Assembly (NCBI GenBank): GCA_965232515.1
Contig: CBDDPY010000002.1
Coordinates: 5,184,001-5,248,000 of the forward strand
Reading direction: 5' to 3'
Source of the DNA: Alphaproteobacteria bacterium
GTDB taxonomy: Bacteria; Pseudomonadota; Alphaproteobacteria; GCA-2731375
Length of the DNA stretch: 64,000 nt
Below, one piece after another: positions 29,025 through 38,969 of the stretch. Every line of letters starts with the position of its first letter. Position 1 is the first letter of the stretch. Made by a program: the position numbers and the translations under genes. Below the pieces are notes generated by a model that saw nothing but the letters and a program-made list of their open reading frames with translations, did not search any database and was not told the origin of the DNA.

Positions 29025-29150
29025 CCCGCACATCGGCGTTTCGGCATATTCCGATGTTGCCAGGCCGGTGATCGTGATAGAGCCTGAGAACCTGAAGCGG
29101 GTTGATTCCTGGCCTGACCCTGCAACGAAAAAAGGAAGTTGCCCCTGACG

Positions 29151-30077
29151 ATGACGGGACCGATGCGGGGCGATCGACGCTTGCGGGCGACACTGATCGG
29201 CGGAACGGCGGTGCTGATGTGGGCGCTGCTGGCGCTGTTCACGGCCGCGACCGGCGCCGTGCCGCCGTTCCAGCTCGTCGCCATGTCGTTCGCCGTCGCT
29301 TTCCTGCTGGCGCTCGGCAAGTGGCTCTGGAAGCGCGAGAACATCGTGCGGCATCTGGCGCAGCCGCCGGCGGTGTGGCTGCTCGGCGTCGGCGGCCTGT
29401 TCGGCTATCACTTCTTCTATTTTCTGGCGCTGCGCAACGCGCCCGTGGTCGAGGCCGGCCTGATCGCCTATCTCTGGCCGCTGCTGATCGTGTTGTTCTC
29501 GGCCCTGCTGCCGGGCGAACGGCTGCGCTGGTGGCATCTCGCGGGTGCCGGCATGGGGCTTGCCGGCACCGCATTGCTGGTCACCGGTGGCGGCCAGGTC
29601 GCGTTCCGGGCCGAGTTTGCGCTTGGCTACGGCGCGGCGCTGGTATGCGCGCTTACCTGGTCGACCTATTCCGTGGTTTCCCGGCGGTTCGGGCATGTGC
29701 CGACGGACACGGTCGGCGGTTTCTGTGGCGCGACCGCCATCCTGGCCGTGGCCGCTCATCTCGCTTTCGAGACCACGCTGTGGCCGGCCTCGCCGCTGCA
29801 GTGGTTGGCGGTTCTGGCGCTCGGCATCGGGCCGGTCGGCGGGGCGTTTTTCGTCTGGGATCACGGCGTCAAGCACGGCGATATCCAGGTGCTGGGCGCG
29901 TTTTCCTATGCCGCGCCGCTGCTGTCGACCTTGATCCTGATCCTGGCCGGCGTGGCGGCTGCCACCTGGGTCGTAGGGATCGCCTGTCTACTGATCACCG
30001 GCGGCGCGGTGCTGGCCGCGCGCAGCCTGTTCAGCCATGTCCGTGCCGGCCGCCGTGGCCGGGCCGCGAACGTGTGA
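29151..30077 (+). CDS. DMT transporter, YddG-like
   Basis: ATLIG...LMWALLA, GLFGYH, YLWPLLIV, WDHGVKHGD. Confidence 0.85.
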   Translation: MTGPMRGDRRLRATLIGGTAVLMWALLALFTAATGAVPPFQLVAMSFAVAFLLALGKWLWKRENIVRHLAQPPAVWLLGVGGLFGYHFFYFLALRNAPVVEAGLIAYLWPLLIVLFSALLPGERLRWWHLAGAGMGLAGTALLVTGGGQVAFRAEFALGYGAALVCALTWSTYSVVSRRFGHVPTDTVGGFCGATAILAVAAHLAFETTLWPASPLQWLAVLALGIGPVGGAFFVWDHGVKHGDIQVLGAFSYAAPLLSTLILILAGVAAATWVVGIACLLITGGAVLAARSLFSHVRAGRRGRAANV

Positions 30078-31737
30078 TCGCGGCCGACATCAGGATTACC
30101 GGCAGGATCCCGGCCAAGACGATCGACAGCGCCCAGAGCCCGGTCTCCTCGAAGCGCTCGTCGCTGGCATATTCGAACACGCGCGTTGCCAGCGTGCCGA
30201 AGTTGAACGGCCGCAGGATCAGCGTCGCCGGCAGCTCTTTCATAACGTCGACGAAGACCAGCAGCGCGGCCGCCAGCACGCCGCCACGGATCAGTGGCAC
30301 GTGCACCCTGGTCAGCGTCGCCAGCGGCCCATGGCCGAGCGTGCGCGCGGCGCCGTCCATCGATGGCGTTACCCGGGTCAGACTGGCCTCGACGCTGCCG
30401 AAAGACAGCGCCATGAAACGGACGAGATAAGCGAAGGTCATCGCCACCACCGTGCCGCTCAACAGGAGGCCCGTGGCAATGCCGAAGCTGCTGCGCATGA
30501 CGCCGTCGATGGTGTTGTCGATCCAGGCAAAGGGGATCAGCACGCCGACCGCGATCACAGAACCGGGGATGGCGTAGCCGATCGCGGCAAAGCGGGCGGC
30601 GAAGCGCAGCACCGGTCCGCCGCTCAGGCGCACGGCATAGGCCATGTAGATGGCGACGACTGTTGCCAGCAATGCGGCAATGGCCGCCAGGCCGATGGTG
30701 TTGACGATGTCGGAGACGAAATCGACCTTGCGCACATAGGCAAAGGTCAGGAACGTCCAATCGACGAGCACCGCCGCCGGCAACAGGAAGCCCAACAGCA
30801 GCGGCAGCCCGCAGGCGGCGACCGCGCCGGCGGCGCGCCAGCCGGTCAAATGGAAATCGGGCAGCGCGTGATAGCGTCGCGCAATCTGATGAAACCGCTG
30901 GCCCCGCCGGGACGAACGCTCCAGCAGCAGCAGCGCCAGCACGAACAGCAGCATGACGGTGGCGAGCTGTGCCGCCGCCGGCGCGTTGTAGAGACCGAGC
31001 CAGACCTCGTAGATCCCGGTGGTGAAGGTGTTGACGCCGAAGACCTGGACCGTGCCGAAATCGTTCAGCGTCTCCATCAGCGCCAGGGCGATGCCGACGG
31101 CGATCGACGGCCGTGCCATCGGCAGAGCGACGCGCCAGAAGCTGCGCCAGGCGCTCAGACCCAGTGTACGGCTGGCCTCCATCGCCGCAACCGACTGGTC
31201 GATAAAGGCGGCGCGGGCCAGCAGGTAGACGTACGGATAGAGTACCAGGATCATCATCGCGGCGGCGCCGCCGAGCGAGCGGATCTCGGGAAACCAGTAG
31301 TCCCGCGGTGAGCTCCAGCCGGTGATCGCGCGCAGGCCGATCTGCACCGGGCCGGCATACTCCAGCAGCTCCACGTAGATCAGCGCGATCACGTAGGCCG
31401 GCATCGCCAGCGGCAGCAGCAGGGCCCATTCGAAGATCCGCCGGCCCGGAAAGCGGCAGGTGGTCACCAGCCAGGCCGTGCCGGCGCCGATCAGCGCAAT
31501 GCCGATGCCGACGATTAGCAGCAGGAGAAGGGTGTTTATCACATAGCCCGGCAGCACCGTGGTCACGAGGTGCAGCCAGATCTCGCCGGTCGGGCCGGCG
31601 GCAATGCCGATCACGGCCAGGATCGGCAAGGCAACCAGGATCGCGACCACGGCCGCGCCCCAGGTCCAGGCACGACCTGTTCGCCGTCGCGGCGCAGCGG
31701 GCGCGCCGGCGGCGGGGCTATCCGCGGCCGCGCTCAT
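30031..31737 (-). CDS. fbpB: Fe(III) ABC transporter permease
   Basis: Duplicated permease domains, PLAMPAYV, METLNDFG, KELPATLILRPFNF. Confidence 0.88.
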   Translation of the reverse strand: MSAAADSPAAGAPAAPRRRTGRAWTWGAAVVAILVALPILAVIGIAAGPTGEIWLHLVTTVLPGYVINTLLLLLIVGIGIALIGAGTAWLVTTCRFPGRRIFEWALLLPLAMPAYVIALIYVELLEYAGPVQIGLRAITGWSSPRDYWFPEIRSLGGAAAMMILVLYPYVYLLARAAFIDQSVAAMEASRTLGLSAWRSFWRVALPMARPSIAVGIALALMETLNDFGTVQVFGVNTFTTGIYEVWLGLYNAPAAAQLATVMLLFVLALLLLERSSRRGQRFHQIARRYHALPDFHLTGWRAAGAVAACGLPLLLGFLLPAAVLVDWTFLTFAYVRKVDFVSDIVNTIGLAAIAALLATVVAIYMAYAVRLSGGPVLRFAARFAAIGYAIPGSVIAVGVLIPFAWIDNTIDGVMRSSFGIATGLLLSGTVVAMTFAYLVRFMALSFGSVEASLTRVTPSMDGAARTLGHGPLATLTRVHVPLIRGGVLAAALLVFVDVMKELPATLILRPFNFGTLATRVFEYASDERFEETGLWALSIVLAGILPVILMSAAITRSRPGHGGRHGHG

Positions 31738-31802
31738 GCGGACCTGTCTGTTGCATACATCGCCGGAGGTGGTGTCTTGTCGTTGTCGTTAGCCCTGCAG
31801 GC

Positions 31803-31832
31803 AAAAAGGCGGAATCCGCAGATCCCGCCTTT
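31803..31832 (-). terminator. Terminator/stabilising hairpin between fbpA and fbpB
   Basis: Minus strand AGGCGGGATC-TGCG-GATTCCGCCT-TTTT. Confidence 0.65.
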
Positions 31833-31900
31833 CGCTGACTAAAGACGCGTGTCGCCGGCGTGTCAATACGCCCGGGTCGCGATAGATGGTTCCCCGGCGG

Positions 31901-32926
31901 TCACTCGAAACCGACCTCGTTGAAGATCTTGATCGCGCTCGGGGCGTTGTCGGCAATGGTCTGCAGGCTGACGGTGTCGGCCTTGAACGTGCCCCACGAC
32001 TTCACTTCCGAATCCCAGGCGACGCCGGGGTTCACGGGGTATTCGTAGTTCACCGACGCATACATCTGCTGCGCTGCCTCGCCGGACAGGAATTCCATGA
32101 GCTGCTGCGCCTGATCGCTGTTCTTCGACGACTTGGTCATCGCCACGCCGGAAATGTTGACGTGCGTGCCCCGATCAGACTGGTTGGGGAAGAACATGTT
32201 CACCGCGGCGGCCCACTCCTTCTGTTCCGGCTTCTTGTCGTTGAACTTCATCTTGCCGTAGTAGTAGTTGTTGCCGAGCGCGATATCGCAAACGCCTTCC
32301 TTCACGGCCTTCACCTGCGCCCGGTCGTTGCCCGACGGTTTGCGCGCCATATTCTCCTTCAGGCCCATGGCCCAGTTCTTGGCGTCGGCTTCGCCGTGCG
32401 CGGCGATCATCGAGGCCATCAGTGCCCGGTTGTAGATGTGCTTCGATGTCCGCATGCAGATCCGGCCCTTCCACTTCGGGTCGGCCAGATCCTCGTACGT
32501 CGACAGCTCGGATTCCTTGACCCGGTCCTTCGCGTAGTAAATCACGCGCGAGCGCGTCGTCAGGCCAAACCAAAGGTTCTCCGGATGACGGTATTGCGCC
32601 GGGATGTGCTTGGACAGAACCGGTGAATTGATCGGCTGAAGCAGATCCGCTTTCGCCAGCGCGTCGAGGCGCGACACGTCGACCGTCAGCACCAGATCGG
32701 CCGGGCTGTTCATGCCCTCCGCCTTCAGGCGCTCCAGGATGCCGGTCTTGGCGAAGACGACGTTAACCCTGATCCCGGTCTCGTCGGTGAACTTGTCCAG
32801 GAACGGCCGGATCAGGAACTCCTGACGGTAGGAATAGACGTTTACCTCGGCGGCATGGGCGGCGATTGCGGTTCCGACCGCCAGTATTCCCGCCAGGACA
32901 GCGCCGGCGCGTGCCGTGGTGCGCAT
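31901..32926 (-). CDS. fbpA: Fe(III)-binding periplasmic protein (FbpA/FutA)
   Basis: Signal peptide, EVNVYSYR, NNYYYG Tyr ligands, NYEYPV. Confidence 0.9.
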   Translation of the reverse strand: MRTTARAGAVLAGILAVGTAIAAHAAEVNVYSYRQEFLIRPFLDKFTDETGIRVNVVFAKTGILERLKAEGMNSPADLVLTVDVSRLDALAKADLLQPINSPVLSKHIPAQYRHPENLWFGLTTRSRVIYYAKDRVKESELSTYEDLADPKWKGRICMRTSKHIYNRALMASMIAAHGEADAKNWAMGLKENMARKPSGNDRAQVKAVKEGVCDIALGNNYYYGKMKFNDKKPEQKEWAAAVNMFFPNQSDRGTHVNISGVAMTKSSKNSDQAQQLMEFLSGEAAQQMYASVNYEYPVNPGVAWDSEVKSWGTFKADTVSLQTIADNAPSAIKIFNEVGFE

Positions 32927-32957
32927 GGATGATCTCCCGATATTAGCCCGTGTTAAT

Positions 32958-33037
32958 GTGCGAATGACTTTGATATCCATTCGCAAAGCGTCCGCCAATT
33001 TAATTGCGCCGTTATGTTATTGCAAGTCATTCGCAAT
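32958..33037. promoter_or_regulatory. Fur/Mur-alpha type iron boxes upstream of fbpA
   Basis: ATTGCAAGTCATTCGCAAT (33019-33037) and TGCGAATG-N11-CATTCGCA (32959-32985). Confidence 0.7.
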
Positions 33038-33067
33038 GAATGGCCTGACCTGTGTCAATCCGCCGCA

Positions 33068-33508
33068 TCATCCGCGCGGTGTCGGGCGCCAGTCCGGCGG
33101 CGCCATCTCGAACCCTTCGAACGAGAAGGCCGGTCCGACCGTGCAGCCGACCAGCGTCCAGGCGCCCAGGCTCTCCGCCGTCTGCCAGCAGCCGGCCGGC
33201 ACCACGACTTGCGGTTTCTGTGCCTGTGCGATGTCCGGGCCGAGGTGGTGGGCTTCGGCGTCGTGGCCATTCGGCGACAAGGTCAGCACCAGCGGCGCGC
33301 CGGCATAATAGTGCCAGATCTCGTCGGCATCGTTGACCCTGTGCCAGGCGGAAACGTCGCCCACGGCCAGCAAATAGTAGATTGCCGTCATGGCGCCGCG
33401 GCCGCCATCGGCCGGCGCATGGCGGTAGGTTTCACGGTAGTGCCCGCCCTCGGCGTGCGGCTGTAGCCCCAGCGCCGCGATGATTTCGGCTGCCGTTGAG
33501 TCGGTCAT
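33068..33508 (-). CDS. Cupin, DUF985 family
   Basis: HAEGGHYRET, TAIYYLL, SAWHRV, EIWHYY, CTVGPAFSF. Confidence 0.9.
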   Translation of the reverse strand: MTDSTAAEIIAALGLQPHAEGGHYRETYRHAPADGGRGAMTAIYYLLAVGDVSAWHRVNDADEIWHYYAGAPLVLTLSPNGHDAEAHHLGPDIAQAQKPQVVVPAGCWQTAESLGAWTLVGCTVGPAFSFEGFEMAPPDWRPTPRG

Positions 33509-34119
33509 CCGATCTGCGCCGGCAGGGTGTCGGCGATTGCCGGCCGGGTCGCGAAGCCATCGAACCAGCGTGCCAGCGCCGGACGGCCGTTCCGCCAGCC
33601 CATATCGGCGAAGCGGAAGTCGAGGTAGCCGAGTGCGCAGGCAATCGACAGCGTGCCGATATCCGACGCATCGGACAGCCCGTCCGCGGCGGCGTCGGTT
33701 TCCAGGGCGTCGAGGGCGCTCACGATCATGCCTTCCAGACGCGCCAGCCATTCGGGCGACTGCTGCGCCTCCGGCCGCAGGGTCTCGTGCCGCAGCGGCA
33801 CCGCCGCGTCCATGATGCCGTCGCCGATCGCCTGTTGCTTCAACGCCGGCCAGCGCGCCGGTCCGGGCGGCGGATAGACCGTCTGTTCGGGGACCAGGTG
33901 GGCGAGAAACTCGCAGATCACCGGGCTGTCGAACAGCACGTCGCCGTCATCGGTTTCCAGCGCCGGAATGCGGGCCAGCGGGTTCTTGGCGCGGTAAGCG
34001 CCGGTCGGCTCCCGCGGGTCCTGCGGCACTTGTTCGATGCGGTCGACGAGGCCAAGTGTGATAGCGACGGCGCGGACTTTGCGCACGTAGGGCGACATCG
34101 GCGAATAGTAAAGTTTCAT
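33505..34119 (-). CDS. Glutathione S-transferase family protein
   Basis: SPYVRKV, NPLARIPAL, DSPVICEF. Confidence 0.9.
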   Translation of the reverse strand: MKLYYSPMSPYVRKVRAVAITLGLVDRIEQVPQDPREPTGAYRAKNPLARIPALETDDGDVLFDSPVICEFLAHLVPEQTVYPPPGPARWPALKQQAIGDGIMDAAVPLRHETLRPEAQQSPEWLARLEGMIVSALDALETDAAADGLSDASDIGTLSIACALGYLDFRFADMGWRNGRPALARWFDGFATRPAIADTLPAQIG

Positions 34120-34197
34120 TAACCACTGCGTTTCAGGCTTAAGGAATGATTCAGGATATCACCGCGGTCCGGGACAACCATGTGGTAATCTGCCGCG

Positions 34198-34956
34198 ATG
34201 CGCCCTGACGTAATCGACCTGCGAGAGTTCTATGCCGGCCGGCTAGGGCAGGTCGCGCGCCATCTGGTGCGCCGGCACATTCGCCTGCTGTGGCCCAACG
34301 TGACCGGCCAATGCGTCGTCGGCCTGGGTTATGCGACGCCTTATCTCAGGCAGTTCAACGACGAGGCCGCCCGGGTGCTGGGTTTTATGCCGGCGGCACA
34401 GGGCGTGACGCGCTGGCCGGCCGACGAGCCCGGCCTGGTCGCCCTCGTCGACGACTATGAGCTACCGCTGCCGGACGCCAGCGTCGACCGTGTGCTGTTG
34501 GTGCATGCACTGGAGAATACCGAGCAGGCCCGGCCGTTCCTGCGCGAGATCTGGCGGGTGCTGTCGTCGAGCGGCCGGCTGCTGGTGGTCGTGCCGAACC
34601 GGCGCGGTATCTGGTCCCGCTTCGAACGCACGCCGTTCGGCCACGGTCAGCCGTTCAGCCCCGGCCAGCTGTCGCGGCTGTTGCGCGACAACATGTTTCA
34701 GCCGACGCACCGGTCGACGGCGCTCTACGTGCCGCCGATCAACTCGAAGATGTTGCTGCGCGCGGCGCCGGCCTGGGAACGACTCGGCAGCCGCACAGGA
34801 CCGGCCTTCGCCGGCGTCCTGCTGGCGGAAGCCGACAAGCAGATCTACGCCATGACCACGGCACAGCCGCGCCTTCGCCGGCGTCCGGTGCTGATCTCGC
34901 CGGCCCGCGTCGCCCGCGAGGCCGACGGGCCGGGATTGCGGCGGGACCGCGACTAA
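34198..34956 (+). CDS. SAM-dependent methyltransferase (type 11)
   Basis: GLGYATPYL, MPAAQG, LPLPDASVD, VPNRRG, TPFGHG. Confidence 0.85.
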   Translation: MRPDVIDLREFYAGRLGQVARHLVRRHIRLLWPNVTGQCVVGLGYATPYLRQFNDEAARVLGFMPAAQGVTRWPADEPGLVALVDDYELPLPDASVDRVLLVHALENTEQARPFLREIWRVLSSSGRLLVVVPNRRGIWSRFERTPFGHGQPFSPGQLSRLLRDNMFQPTHRSTALYVPPINSKMLLRAAPAWERLGSRTGPAFAGVLLAEADKQIYAMTTAQPRLRRRPVLISPARVAREADGPGLRRDRD

Positions 34957-35600
34957 TCGCGTTTCAGCAGGAAGATCGCCTGTTCGCCCAGCAGGTTGGC
35001 GAAGGCCGACGGGCGCCCGTTCGACATCGACAGCGGACTGGCATCGCCGTTGTGGCTGACGGCGATGCCGCGCTCGATGGTGATGCCGAGGTCGGTCGCG
35101 AGCGCTAGGAAATCGCGGATCGTGCAGAGATGGATGTTCGGCGTGTCGTACCAGCGCGACGGCAGGCCGTTGGTCACCGGCATGCGGCCCGTCGCCAGCA
35201 GCGCCCAGCGCACTCGCCAGTAGCCGAAATTCGGGAACGAGACGATGCCATGCCGGCCGATGCGCAGCATCTCCTGCAGCACGTCGTGCGGCTTGTGGGT
35301 CGCCTGCAGCGTCTGGCTGAGGATCACATAGTCGAAGGCTTCCGACGGATAGTGCTTGAGGTCTGTGTCGGCATCGCCCTGGACCACGGACAGGCCCTGC
35401 GCCACGCAGGCGTTGACGCCGGTCTGGCTCAATTCGATGCCGCGGCCGTCGACATTCTTCTGGTTGATCAGCAGGTCGAGCAAGGCGCCGTCGCCGCAGC
35501 CGACATCGAGCACGCGGGAATCGTTCGCCACCATGTCGGCGACCAGCAGCAGGTCGGTCCGGATCCCGCCGGTGCCTGTCGGCCGCGCCATCATGTTCAC
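34953..35600 (-). CDS. metW: Methionine biosynthesis protein MetW
   Basis: [29 protein letters not shown]. Confidence 0.93.
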   Translation of the reverse strand: MNMMARPTGTGGIRTDLLLVADMVANDSRVLDVGCGDGALLDLLINQKNVDGRGIELSQTGVNACVAQGLSVVQGDADTDLKHYPSEAFDYVILSQTLQATHKPHDVLQEMLRIGRHGIVSFPNFGYWRVRWALLATGRMPVTNGLPSRWYDTPNIHLCTIRDFLALATDLGITIERGIAVSHNGDASPLSMSNGRPSAFANLLGEQAIFLLKRD

Positions 35601-36769
35601 GGCGCTGTCAGGCCACGTTTGCGCGCCGCCGCGTTGAGAAAGCCGTTCAACGTTTTGAACATTTCCGGTTCATCCAGCAGGAAGGCGTCGTGACCCTTGT
35701 CGGATTCGACCTCGACGAAGCTGACATTCGCCGCGACAGCGTTGAGCGCCTGTACGATCTCGCGGTTCTCCGAGGTCGGGTAGAGCCAGTCGCTGGTGAA
35801 CGAGATGATGCAGAAGCGCGTGTCGGTGCCGCGAAAGGCGTTGGCGAGCACGCCGTCATACTCGGCCGGCAGGTCGAAATAGTCCATCGCCCGGGTGATG
35901 TAGAGGTAGGCGTTGGCGTCGAAGCGCTCGACGAAGCTCGAGCCCTGATAGCGCAGATAGCTCTCGACCTGAAAATCGGCGTCGAAGCCGAACGACAGTG
36001 CCTGGCGATCCTGCAGCTTGCGGCCGAACTTGGCCTGCAACGCGGCTTCGGACAGATAGGTGATATGGGCCGTCATCCGCGCCACCGACAGGCCCGCGCG
36101 TGGCCGGGTGTGGGCGCTGTAATAATCGCCCTGGCGCCAGTCGGGATCGGCCATGATGGCCTGGCGGCCGACTTCGTGGAAGGCGATGTTCTGGGCCGAA
36201 TGCTTGGCCGCGGTGGCGATCGGCACGGCGGTATAGACGCGCTCGGGGAAGTTCGCCGCCCACTGCAGCACCTGCATGCCGCCCATGGAGCCGCCGATCA
36301 CGCAGAACAGCTGCTCGATGCCCAGCGCGTCGATCACCAGCTTCTGCGCCGTGACCATGTCGCGGATGGTGATCACCGGGAATGACAGGCCGTAGGGCCG
36401 CCCGGTGGCGGGATCGACCTCCTGCGGCCCCGTGGTGCCCATGCAGCCGCCGAGAACGTTGGCGCAGATCACGAAATAGCGGTCGGTGTCGAGCGTCAGG
36501 CCAGGCCCGACCATCATCGGCCACCAGCCTTCCCGCCCGGTCACCGGGTTTATGCCGGCGACATACTGATCGCCGGTCAACGCATGGCAGACCAGAACCG
36601 CATTGGACTTGTCGGCGTTCAGTTCGCCGTAGGTCTGATAGGCGACCGTAACCGGTCCCAGACTGACGCCGGAGGCGAGGCGCAACGGCTGGTCGGCCGG
36701 CAGGGTCAGGACATGGCTCAGCCCGTTCTGCCGGTCGTTGCTTGCCGCATCGCCAATCGTGGCGGCCAT
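35597..36769 (-). CDS. metX: Homoserine O-acyltransferase MetX
   Basis: CHALTG, GGSMGG, RFDANAY, GHDAFL. Confidence 0.93.
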   Translation of the reverse strand: MAATIGDAASNDRQNGLSHVLTLPADQPLRLASGVSLGPVTVAYQTYGELNADKSNAVLVCHALTGDQYVAGINPVTGREGWWPMMVGPGLTLDTDRYFVICANVLGGCMGTTGPQEVDPATGRPYGLSFPVITIRDMVTAQKLVIDALGIEQLFCVIGGSMGGMQVLQWAANFPERVYTAVPIATAAKHSAQNIAFHEVGRQAIMADPDWRQGDYYSAHTRPRAGLSVARMTAHITYLSEAALQAKFGRKLQDRQALSFGFDADFQVESYLRYQGSSFVERFDANAYLYITRAMDYFDLPAEYDGVLANAFRGTDTRFCIISFTSDWLYPTSENREIVQALNAVAANVSFVEVESDKGHDAFLLDEPEMFKTLNGFLNAAARKRGLTAP

Positions 36770-36956
36770 GGATGTGCCTGCCTCTTCCATCACACCGGGA
36801 TGCTGTTCTGGATTTTGCCGTCGATATGCCACGGCGTCGACGATAGCTAGGAATGCCGGTGTGCGTGTGTCAACGTTTTCTTTGCTTTTGGGGCCTCCTG
36901 TGACTATATGTGCGCACCATTTGGCGGTCCCCTTGGTCGTCCGTAAAACTCCGGTC

Positions 36957-37859
36957 ATGACGGCAAAAGACAGCAGCCTCGACGCGCTTCGCCGCGAGAT
37001 CGACGCGATCGACGACGCGATACACGACGCGTTGATTCAGCGGTCGTCGTTGATCGGCGATGTCGCCAAGGCCAAGCGCGGCGCGCGCACGCCGCTGGCC
37101 ATGCGCCCGGCGCGCGAGGCGGAAATCCTGCGGCGGCTGGCCGAGCGCCACAGCGGCGCCTTGCCGATGCATGTCGTCGCCCGCATCTGGCGCGAGATGG
37201 TGAATGGTGCCACGGCGCAGCAGGGACCGTTCGCGGTGGCCGTCTGCGCGCCGGAAAAATCGGTCGGCTACTGGGACATGGCGCGCAGCCATTTCGGCTC
37301 GTCGACCTGGATGAGCCTGCAGACCTCGGCCATGCCGGTGCTGCGGATCGTCGCCGAGAATCCCGGCACGGTCGGCGTGCTGCCGCTGCCGCAGGAGGGC
37401 GAGACCGACCCCTGGTGGCTGGGGCTGGTGACCGAATCGGCCAACGGCGACATCCCCCGCATCGTCTGGCGACTGCCGTTCTTCACCTCGCCGGCCGGCT
37501 TGTTCGAGCGGCTGGAGGCGCTTGCCATCGCCTTTATCGAACCCGAACCGACGGGCCGCGACACCACGGTGCTGGCGATCGAGACCCGGGTCGATACCAG
37601 CCGGGCGAGTCTGCTGACGGCGATGCAGAAGGGCGGCTTGCCGGCGCGCGTGATGGCCTGGCACGAGGACATGGAGGCCGGCTACCGGGTCAACCTGACC
37701 GAGATCGACGATTTCGTCACCCAGCGCGATCCGCGTCTCGCCGATTTGGCCAAGGAACTCGGCGATACCGCCGGCCGCATCGTCGTGCTGGGCGCCTATC
37801 CGCGACCGATGAGCGAGGAAGAGCTTGCCGCCGGCGGCGCGGCGAATACGAGTGGTTGA
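36957..37859 (+). CDS. Chorismate mutase with C-terminal extension
   Basis: [20 protein letters not shown] AroQ motif; first gene before hisC-tyrC. Confidence 0.85.
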   Translation: MTAKDSSLDALRREIDAIDDAIHDALIQRSSLIGDVAKAKRGARTPLAMRPAREAEILRRLAERHSGALPMHVVARIWREMVNGATAQQGPFAVAVCAPEKSVGYWDMARSHFGSSTWMSLQTSAMPVLRIVAENPGTVGVLPLPQEGETDPWWLGLVTESANGDIPRIVWRLPFFTSPAGLFERLEALAIAFIEPEPTGRDTTVLAIETRVDTSRASLLTAMQKGGLPARVMAWHEDMEAGYRVNLTEIDDFVTQRDPRLADLAKELGDTAGRIVVLGAYPRPMSEEELAAGGAANTSG

Positions 37860-37868
37860 GGGCAGCGT

Positions 37869-38969
37869 ATGGCGTCACCGACACCGATCGACGGCATTCT
37901 CGATATCGCGCCTTATGTGGGTGGCGATTCGAAGGCGGAAGGTGTGGCCCAGGCGGTCAAGCTGTCGTCCAACGAGTCCGCCATCGGCCCGAGCCCGCGG
38001 GCGGTTGAGGCCTATCAGAAACTGGCCGGCGAACTGCACCGCTATCCCGACGGCGGCTTCAACGTGCTGCGCGAGACCATCGCCGAAATCCACGGCCTGG
38101 CGCCGGAGCGGCTGATCTGCGGCAACGGGTCGGACGAGATCATCAGCTATCTGACGCATGCCTATGCCGGGCCGGGCGACGACGTGCTGTTCAGCGCGCA
38201 CGGATTCCTGATGTACCCGCTCAGCGCCATGGCCGCCGGCGCGCGGCCGGTGAAGGCGCCGGAGACCGATTACCAGGCCTCGGTCGACGCGCTGCTCGGC
38301 GCCGTGACGGGCGCCACAAAAATCGTCTTCCTGGCGAACCCCAACAACCCGACCGGCACCTATCTGTCGGCCGACGAGGTGGCGCGGCTGCGGGCCGGCC
38401 TGCCCGACCACGTGCTGCTGGTGCTCGACGGGGCCTATGCGGAGTATGTCAGCCGCAACGATTATTCCGCCGGTATCGAGCTGGTGGATGCCGGCGAGAA
38501 CGTCGTGATGACCCGCACCTTCTCGAAGATCTACGGGCTGGCGGCGCTGAGGCTCGGCTGGGCCTATTGCCCGCAGGCCATCGCCGACGTCTATCACCGC
38601 GTGCGGCCGCCGTTCAACGTGAACGCGGCCGCGCAGGCCGCCGGCGCGGCGGCCATGCGCGACGTCTCGCACACCGACGCGGCGCGCACGCACAACGATA
38701 TCTGGCAGCCCTGGCTGACTGCCGAGATGGCTCGGTTGGGCCTGTTCGTGATCCCGTCGGTCGCCAATTTCATCACCGTGCGCTTCGGCGCCGAAGGTCC
38801 GCAATCGGCGACCGAAGCGCTCGCCTTCCTGAAACGCCGCGGCGTCCTGGCCCGCGGCATCGCGCCTTACGGGCTGGGCGACTGCGTGCGCTTCACGATC
38901 GGGCTCGAGGACGAGAACCGCGCCGTGGTCGAGGCGGTCGAAGCGTTCCTCGGGGGCGCGGATGCCTAG
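37869..38969 (+). CDS. hisC: Histidinol-phosphate aminotransferase
   Basis: KLSSNE, NGSDE, NPNNPTG, RTFSKIYGLAALRLG. Confidence 0.95.
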   Translation: MASPTPIDGILDIAPYVGGDSKAEGVAQAVKLSSNESAIGPSPRAVEAYQKLAGELHRYPDGGFNVLRETIAEIHGLAPERLICGNGSDEIISYLTHAYAGPGDDVLFSAHGFLMYPLSAMAAGARPVKAPETDYQASVDALLGAVTGATKIVFLANPNNPTGTYLSADEVARLRAGLPDHVLLVLDGAYAEYVSRNDYSAGIELVDAGENVVMTRTFSKIYGLAALRLGWAYCPQAIADVYHRVRPPFNVNAAAQAAGAAAMRDVSHTDAARTHNDIWQPWLTAEMARLGLFVIPSVANFITVRFGAEGPQSATEALAFLKRRGVLARGIAPYGLGDCVRFTIGLEDENRAVVEAVEAFLGGADA

